Position numbers and translations under genes: made by a program
Notes under the pieces: model-generated
What the model saw: the letters and a program-made list of their open reading frames with translations, nothing else
What the model was told of the DNA's origin: nothing
The model's database searches: none
Assembly: GCA_963814125.1 (NCBI GenBank)
Contig: CAWFBR010000007.1
Span: forward strand, 18,506-82,505
Reading direction: 5' to 3'
Length of the DNA: 64,000 bases
Source of the DNA: an uncultured Chloroflexia bacterium
GTDB lineage: Bacteria; Chloroflexota; Limnocylindria; Limnocylindrales; CSP1-4
Shown here: piece by piece, positions 58,719-64,000 of the stretch
How the letters are laid out: every line of letters starts with the position of its first letter
Numbering within the stretch: the stretch's first letter is position 1

Positions 58719-59491
58719 CCACTCTCGCCCAGACCGCCTATGTCACCGGTCGTCACATGCGGTTCTTCTTCCGCACGCCCTGGCTGATCGGTATGTCGCT
58801 GACTCAGCCGGTGATCTGGCTGCTGCTCTTCGGGGCGTTGTTCAAGAGCGTCGCCGACATCCCGGGATTCGCCGGCGCCGGCAACTACTTGACCTACCTC
58901 ATGCCGGGCGTCCTGATCATGACCGCCATGTTCGGCTGTGGCTGGAGTGGCATGCAGATCGTCCAGGATCTCGATCGCTCGATCATGGATCGCCTCCTGA
59001 CGACGCCGATCCACCGTACCGCGATCATCGTCGGGCTCAACCTATATGAGATCTTCTCGTTGCTGGTCGAGGCCGTGATCATCGGCGGCATGGCGCTGCT
59101 GCTCGGGGCGCAATTCGACGGCGGCATCCTCGGCTTTGCCGTGCTGACACTGTGCGCTGTGCTGATCGGCGCGATTGCCGCGGCGCTTTCCGACGCGATG
59201 GCTCTTACCGTCCGCCAGGGCGAGTCGGTCATCGGCATCAACACCCTGACGACGCTGCCGCTGACCTTTCTCTCGGCGGCGTTCATGCCGCTCAACCTCG
59301 CGCCCGACTGGATCGCCACGGTGGCGAAGCTCAATCCGGTGAACTGGGCAGTGGAAGCCGGCCGGGCGGCGATGACGACGAGTCCTGACTGGTCGGCGAT
59401 CCTGCCGCGCCTGGCCGGACTGCTGGTGCTCACGGTTCTCACCACGGCGCTGGCGACCCGGACGTTCAGCTCGTATCAGCGGTCTTTGTAG
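58715..59491 (+). CDS. ABC-2 type transporter permease (DrrB-like)
   Basis: 6 TM helices. ATGA overlap with the ATPase gene. Confidence 0.85.
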   Translation: MTTLAQTAYVTGRHMRFFFRTPWLIGMSLTQPVIWLLLFGALFKSVADIPGFAGAGNYLTYLMPGVLIMTAMFGCGWSGMQIVQDLDRSIMDRLLTTPIHRTAIIVGLNLYEIFSLLVEAVIIGGMALLLGAQFDGGILGFAVLTLCAVLIGAIAAALSDAMALTVRQGESVIGINTLTTLPLTFLSAAFMPLNLAPDWIATVAKLNPVNWAVEAGRAAMTTSPDWSAILPRLAGLLVLTVLTTALATRTFSSYQRSL

Positions 59492-59689
59492 CTGGATCAC
59501 CGCGAAGTGGCCGCCACGCTCGAAATCGGCCCAGTGAACGGTTGCTCGCGATCCCGATCGGAGCCGGCGACGATCTTGAAGCCCATGTTGAGCTAAGCGT
59601 CGAGGTAGCCAGGCTCAGCTGCGACGATACTGGCGGCATGTCACGAATCAGCGCCATCCAGGCTACCTTGGATCTCTGCTCACCTGGAC

Positions 59690-59860
59690 TGGATTCGGCC
59701 TCACCTCTGGCAGCCTGCTGGTCGTCGTGACTGTCAGTGGCCCGCTCGGTCGCGCCTATCGGCACCGCATCGCCGCCGAGGAAGACCTGCTCCGACGTGA
59801 TTTGCCCGGCCACGTCGAATACAGCCGACGCACGAAGAAGTTGATCCCGTTCATCTGGTA
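59690..59860 (+). pseudogene. C-terminal remnant of an isoprenylcysteine carboxyl methyltransferase (ICMT)/phospholipid methyltransferase family gene
   Basis: Frame ending at 59860 reads ...GPLGRAYRHRIAAEEDLLRRDLPGHVEYSRRTKKLIPFIW, the conserved ICMT C-terminus. There is no room upstream for the rest of the gene. Confidence 0.35.
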
Positions 59861-59928
59861 GTCCTGCCATAAGGCCGGGGCGACAGCTGCCGCAGGGTCA
59901 GCCGATGCCAGCAGAAACAGGGGACAGC

Positions 59929-60008
59929 GAGCGTGAAATCGACGACGGGGTAGGCGGAACCTACCCGGCTGGTCGGGGCGAGAGGATTAGGGCCGACACT
60001 CCGTCGCC
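59929..60008. repeat. Copy A of the dispersed non-coding repeat family (GAGCGTGAA...TGGTCGGGGCGAGAGGA.T...CCGACACT)
   Basis: About 72% identity over about 80 nt to 63537-63614. Confidence 0.5.
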
Positions 60009-60320
60009 ATCTTTGCTGATCCTGGTCGAGAACATCCCGAACCATGTTGGTCGAGTCCGCGAGACGGCTTGAGGGTCGTGGGGGTCTACGACAGTTCCCC
60101 GCCTGGCCCACGTTGCGATCGTATTCGTCACGTACGAGCCGGTAGCACTCGCAGGCGCACGACTCCAGACTCTCGCCGTCGATGATCTCGGTCGCGGGTA
60201 GCCATCAGGACTCGTGTGGCGCGGCTCCGGCCGTCGTGGATCCATGTGGTAGCGGAATGTACGGTTCTCCTCTCTCGTCCCGGTGGCGTCAGCGATTGAC
60301 CTGACGAAGCGGGCCGCCGA

Positions 60321-61094
60321 CTACAGCTCCTGCGTGCGAAAGGCAAGCTGGGACGCCATTGCGAGGCCCATGACGGTCGCGACGGTCGCGGCGATGGGAC
60401 CGGCGACAAAGCCCGGATCGGCACCCACGGCAAGCGCCTGCGCCGGCGCCGCGAGCGAGCCTGGCATGTACGCGCCGACGACGGGCAGGTTGCCCAAGGT
60501 CGCGCTGATCGCGAAGGCGACGAACCCGATACCAGCCGCCGCGAGGGCCGATCGAGTGAGGGTGCTGCCGAGGAACGTGAAGGCGGCGAACGCGACCAGT
60601 GTCAGCCAGAGAAGGGCGGCCATGGCAACGAAGCCTGCGACGGGCAGCCACGTCCCGAAGAGCATCCCGATGTACAGGTAGCCCACCGACGCGCCGACGG
60701 CGACGGCGACGGCGAGATTGATCGCGATCGCCGCGAGCTTGGCGGCGAGGAACGCGCCGCGGGAGACGGGCTTGGAGAGCATCAGGGCGGCAGTGCCTCG
60801 CTCCTTCTCCGTGGCGACGGAACCCATCGCGAGCAGAATCGAAATCAGCAGGCCGAACTGGACGAAGTACCCGAGGAGCCGTTCGACGGCGTCCGCGGCG
60901 GTCGGAGTCCCGAGCGCGGCGACGATTGCGGCCGCCTCCGCGCCGCCGAACGCCTTCGCGATCTCCGGCATGTACCGGGCGGTGACGGGCGACAGGATGC
61001 CGAACGTGAGGAAGACGACGGCCACGACGGGAAGCCGGTAGGTGCGGAGCTGTTCGCGCAGCTCCTTGGCGAGCAGGATGCGGAAGCCGGGCAT
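60321..61094 (-). CDS. ABC-2 family transporter permease
   Basis: Internal start MPGFRILLAKE after GAAAGGAACC. 6 TM helices. The track ORF extends to 61394 with an Arg/Ser-rich non-protein-like N-terminus. Confidence 0.75.
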   Translation of the reverse strand: MPGFRILLAKELREQLRTYRLPVVAVVFLTFGILSPVTARYMPEIAKAFGGAEAAAIVAALGTPTAADAVERLLGYFVQFGLLISILLAMGSVATEKERGTAALMLSKPVSRGAFLAAKLAAIAINLAVAVAVGASVGYLYIGMLFGTWLPVAGFVAMAALLWLTLVAFAAFTFLGSTLTRSALAAAGIGFVAFAISATLGNLPVVGAYMPGSLAAPAQALAVGADPGFVAGPIAATVATVMGLAMASQLAFRTQEL

Positions 61095-61110
61095 GAGAGG
61101 TTCCTTTCGT

Positions 61111-62385
61111 TCAGGCTGCAGAGGTGGTGGGCTGGGCAAGCGAGGCGCCTGAGGGGGCACGATCCGGCCTGGCGACGAGGAGCAGGAAGACGTCCTCGAG
61201 CGATGGGCGGGCACGCTCGAACCGCGCCAGCGAGACGCCCGTTCCGAGGGCGATCGGCAGGATCTCCGCCGCCGCCGCCTTGGGGTCGTGGACGAATACG
61301 CGGAGCGTCTCGCCCTCGAGGCGCACTTCCCGGGTCCAGGGCTGACGGCGGAGGGCGTCGGCAAGCCGGTCGGTCCCTCGAGACTGGTGCGCATCGGCTT
61401 CGAGCTCGAAGACCGGCTGCGCGTACCGTTCCAGCAGCTCCTCGATCGGCGACTCCGCGACGAGGCGGCCGTAGTTGAGGATGGCGACGCGGTCGCAGAC
61501 GCGCTCGACGTCGTTGAGGATGTGCGTACTCATGAAGACGGTTGCCGTCCCTCGGACACGCTCGATGATCTGGAGCACGTCGCGTCGCCCTTCCGGGTCG
61601 AGCGCGCTCACCGGCTCGTCGAGGAAGAGGACCTGCGGCCGGTTGATGAGCGCCTGGGCGATGCCGAGCCGCTGCCGCATGCCGCCCGAGAAGCCCGCGA
61701 TCCGGCGACCCGCCGCGTCCGAGAGGCCCGAGATCTCGAGGACTTCGCCGACCCGCGTCCGCAACTCGGGACCGTTCAGGTCGTAAGTCCGTCCGACGAG
61801 CTCGAGCAGCTCCTGCGTCTTCATCCAGCCGTAGAACTGCGGGCTCTGGTCGACGTAGCCGATTCGCCGCGCGAGCTCCGGGCCGGCGCCGATCCGAACG
61901 CCCGCGACCTCGGCCGTCCCTGAGGTGGGCTGCGCCAGCCCGGTGAGCAGCCGCAGGGTCGTGGTCTTGCCTGCGCCGTTCGGGCCGAGGAACCCGAAGA
62001 TGGAGCCAGTCGGGACCTCGAGGTCGAGATCTTCGAGCGCGGTGAGCCGTCCGTACCGCTTGGTGAGGTCGTGCGTGCTGATCGCGAGCCCGTCCGTGGC
62101 GGCGAGCCGCGGCCACCCCGCCAGGACCCCATCGATTGCCGCGGCATCTGTCTTCGAAACGCCACCCGTTTCGATGCCGCCGCCCTCGTCGCGCCCGGCG
62201 AGGAAGTACACGATCGGTCCGACCATCGAGGCGCAGAAGATGACGAGCGCCCAGACGACCTTGCTGTCGCCTTTGACTCGGCGGTCTTCCTGGAAGAGGT
62301 CGTATAGGCCGAAGAGCGCGAGCCCGTACTGGAGGATCAGCAGCGGGATCACGATCGGCAGGTACTGCGAGACATCGATGGACAT
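61111..62385 (-). CDS. ABC transporter ATP-binding protein with N-terminal PLDc_N-type two-TM domain (fusion)
   Basis: Start MSIDVSQYLP after GGAAGGGAG. The N-terminal 65 aa (LPIVIPLLILQYGLALFGLYDL...VVWALVIFCASMVGPIVYFLAGR) matches the PLD-nuclease N-terminal membrane domain. Then Walker A GPNGAGKTT, signature SGGMRQR and Walker B LFLDEPVSALD. Confidence 0.8.
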   Translation of the reverse strand: MSIDVSQYLPIVIPLLILQYGLALFGLYDLFQEDRRVKGDSKVVWALVIFCASMVGPIVYFLAGRDEGGGIETGGVSKTDAAAIDGVLAGWPRLAATDGLAISTHDLTKRYGRLTALEDLDLEVPTGSIFGFLGPNGAGKTTTLRLLTGLAQPTSGTAEVAGVRIGAGPELARRIGYVDQSPQFYGWMKTQELLELVGRTYDLNGPELRTRVGEVLEISGLSDAAGRRIAGFSGGMRQRLGIAQALINRPQVLFLDEPVSALDPEGRRDVLQIIERVRGTATVFMSTHILNDVERVCDRVAILNYGRLVAESPIEELLERYAQPVFELEADAHQSRGTDRLADALRRQPWTREVRLEGETLRVFVHDPKAAAAEILPIALGTGVSLARFERARPSLEDVFLLLVARPDRAPSGASLAQPTTSAA

Positions 62386-62440
62386 TTCGGGCGTTCGCTC
62401 CCTTCCTCGAGTGATTGGCCGCACGCCGTTCGGCTGGCGA

Positions 62441-62504
62441 ACACTGTGCGGTTGACGGGCGGAACCGTAGCACGTACACTGTGCGGCGTCAACACACTGT
62501 TCGG
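62441..62504. promoter_or_regulatory. Three direct 11-bp repeats ACACTGT(G/T)CGG (62441, 62476, 62494) in the TetR / ABC divergent intergenic region; candidate TetR operator array
   Basis: Read directly. Two copies are exact and one has a single mismatch. Confidence 0.45.
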
Positions 62505-62546
62505 AAGAGACAACGGCGTTCGGGTGAACGAACGGGAGGTGACGGG

Positions 62547-63266
62547 ATGGCGCCGGAAGCGAAGGAGTCTGTAGAGCTGCCGTGGTGGCCGAAGCCGTCG
62601 AGCCGCTCGGCCGCGCGCGAGCCGCTGTCGAGGGACCAGATCGTCACCGCGGCGATCAAGCTCATCGACGCGGAGAATCTCGACGCCCTCTCGATGCGAC
62701 GACTCGGTCAGGAGCTCAACGCAGGCGCGACGTCGATGTACACGCACGTCCGCAGCAAGGACGAGCTGCTCGCGCTGGTGAACGACGTGATCGCCGGCGA
62801 GATCCTCGACCGCGTCTCTCTTGACGCCGGTGCTCCGTGGCGGGACCAGGCTGTCACGGTCGCGCGAGCGATCCGCGAAGTGTTGGTCACGGCCCATCCG
62901 CACGCCGCGCCGCTCTTCGCCGGCCGATCCAACGCGGGCCCCAACACGCTCGCGATCATCGAGGTGCTGCTCGGCGTGCTACGCAGCGCGGGGTTCGAGG
63001 GCAAGCGGCTGCTGCTGGCTTACGGCGCCGTCCTCAATCACGCGTACACCTATGCTGCGTCGGAGGCGGCGGCCGGGGCGGGCGGCGCCCATCGGGCGCG
63101 GGTGATGGCCGATGCGCTCGCGACGTCCTTGCCGCCGGATCGCTTTCCGAACCTCGTCGGCGTCGCGCGGTCTATGGCCGATCTCACCGCGGACGATCAG
63201 TTCGACTTCGGGCTCCAGCGGCTCCTCGACGGGCTCGAATCGCTCCTGGCCCGATCTCCCTCTTGA
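62547..63266 (+). CDS. TetR family transcriptional regulator
   Basis: Start after GGGAGGTGACGGG. HTH: QIVTAAIKLIDAENLDALSMRRLGQELNAGATSMYTHVRSKDEL. Confidence 0.8.
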   Translation: MAPEAKESVELPWWPKPSSRSAAREPLSRDQIVTAAIKLIDAENLDALSMRRLGQELNAGATSMYTHVRSKDELLALVNDVIAGEILDRVSLDAGAPWRDQAVTVARAIREVLVTAHPHAAPLFAGRSNAGPNTLAIIEVLLGVLRSAGFEGKRLLLAYGAVLNHAYTYAASEAAAGAGGAHRARVMADALATSLPPDRFPNLVGVARSMADLTADDQFDFGLQRLLDGLESLLARSPS

Positions 63267-63456
63267 CTGAACGAAACGGGACGGCACGAGAACGACCAGC
63301 GGCCACTCGCTCGGCCTGCAGGGCCGGCCATGGTGAACCCAGCACTGGTGGACTTCCTCGATGGTGTCGCCGGGTGAGCTCACGAGGCCGAGGGCCGACG
63401 TTGTGATAGGTGTGACAAGCGTTGTCACAAACGTCGTCCCGACGCCGGAAAGGGAC

Positions 63457-63640
63457 GTTCAGGTCGGTCGGTTCAGGATCAAACCCAAAAGGGCAGGGTA
63501 GAGCAGGTTCGCGAGAGGTTCGGAGAAGCCTGAATTCGAGCGTGAATCAGGCAACTCGGATGGGCTACCTACTCGAATGGTCGGGGCGAGAGGAGTCACA
63601 CCGACACTGGCGACCTGAATGTCCCATTCCGGCTCGAATG
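63457..63640. repeat. Copy B of the dispersed non-coding repeat family (upstream module 63457-63475, core 63537-63640)
   Basis: Aligns to copy A (59929-60008) and copy C (41823-41876). Coding frames are not conserved between copies. Confidence 0.5.
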
Positions 63641-64000
63641 CTTTCTCACGGGCAGGAAGCGGTGGCTCGAGGACGCCAGCTGACTTAGCAGTTCGTTCGC
63701 CGGCGAGGGTCGAATTGGCCACGGAAAGAGGCATTCCCCCGGGTCGCTTTGACGACCTAGACGCATTTCGGTAGGCGAAGTCGTCAAAGGCGACAGGATG
63801 CTGACGGGCTGGACACATCCGCACGTCCTTGCCGCCCGAGGCCTCGAGCGCGAGGTCGAGCGTCTCCCGGGGCGTCGTCCCGGTGTTCGTGCTCACCCAC
63901 AGCCCGAGGACGGCTACCGCGTGACCTCGGAAGTCGCCCCGAGCGCGCTGAACGTCCTGACCAGCCGAGTCGGGCGGAAGGATTGGACGGGAGGAATAGG

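Noticed and set aside
63459-63896. 145-aa minus-strand ORF at the window end
   Set aside because: Its C-terminal half is the reverse translation of repeat copy B. The frame is not conserved with copy A or C.
1-64000. tRNA, rRNA, CRISPR arrays, transposase/integrase genes
   Set aside because: I saw no cloverleaf-like conserved tRNA boxes, no rRNA-like conserved stretches and no regularly spaced direct repeats with unique spacers. No ORF has DDE, tyrosine-recombinase or serine-recombinase motifs. The only repeats are coding low-complexity linkers and the dispersed roughly 100-nt family reported above.

Overview
This is a 64-kb window of a high-GC (about 68-70%) bacterial chromosome, probably Actinobacteria- or Chloroflexi-like, judging from lipoprotein sugar-binding proteins, PS/PT-rich linkers and SBBP beta-propeller surface proteins. 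It is densely coding on both strands. I found no rRNA, tRNA, CRISPR array or intact IS/transposase.

Left third (1-12.9 kb):
- A surface Ig-like protein, a lipoprotein and undecaprenyl-diphosphatase (UppP).
- A minus-strand PadR / DUF5320-like / NifX-like / DUF3303-like operon.
- An ECF sigma factor with its anti-sigma partner.
- A YtrA-type GntR regulator with a membrane protein and an operator overlapping its start.
- Several small hypothetical genes and a 937-aa multi-PAS hybrid histidine kinase.

Sugar island (12.9-32.5 kb):
- A tight minus-strand operon of NAD-epimerase, GHMP kinase, a tandem cytidylyltransferase-fold protein and an RbsD/FucU mutarotase. I read it as an atypical sugar-salvage and nucleotide-activation module.
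- A LacI regulator, an MFS transporter and a GH127 glycosidase.
- A three-component sugar ABC importer (substrate-binding protein plus two permeases, no ATPase). The binding-protein gene carries an apparent frameshift.
- A GH65-like enzyme, L-fucose isomerase, a RhaB-like FGGY kinase, a RhaD-like class II aldolase and a NUDIX hydrolase.
- A near-palindromic 14-16 bp motif (TGTGGTAACGGTACCA) recurs upstream of the nucleotide-sugar operon and three times in the GH127/ABC intergenic region. It looks like a LacI-type operator tying these into one regulon.

Right half (32.5-64 kb):
- A YcaQ/AlkZ-like wHTH protein and a large secreted metallophosphoesterase with duplicated C-terminal beta-sandwich modules and PS-linker tandem DNA repeats.
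- Two dihydrofolate-reductase-family (RibD_C) genes, three regulator-linked ABC-2 exporter cassettes (TetR, GntR/YtrA and MarR-fusion) and a frameshifted GT39 glycosyltransferase.
- Gene remnants of a Kelch-repeat protein and an isoprenylcysteine carboxyl methyltransferase (ICMT).
- A PLDc_N-domain::ABC-ATPase fusion under a TetR with triple direct repeats.

The most system-like novelty is at 46.4-50.1 kb. A BrxR/CapW-like WYL regulator, with an inverted repeat at its own promoter, is followed by a visibly lower-GC two-gene operon. Both products are single-pass membrane-anchored proteins, and the second carries an HEYVH (HExxH) motif.

Separately, a roughly 100-nt non-coding repeat family occurs in at least three or four dispersed intergenic copies. 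Two of these flank the TetR/PLDc_N-ABC module as direct repeats.
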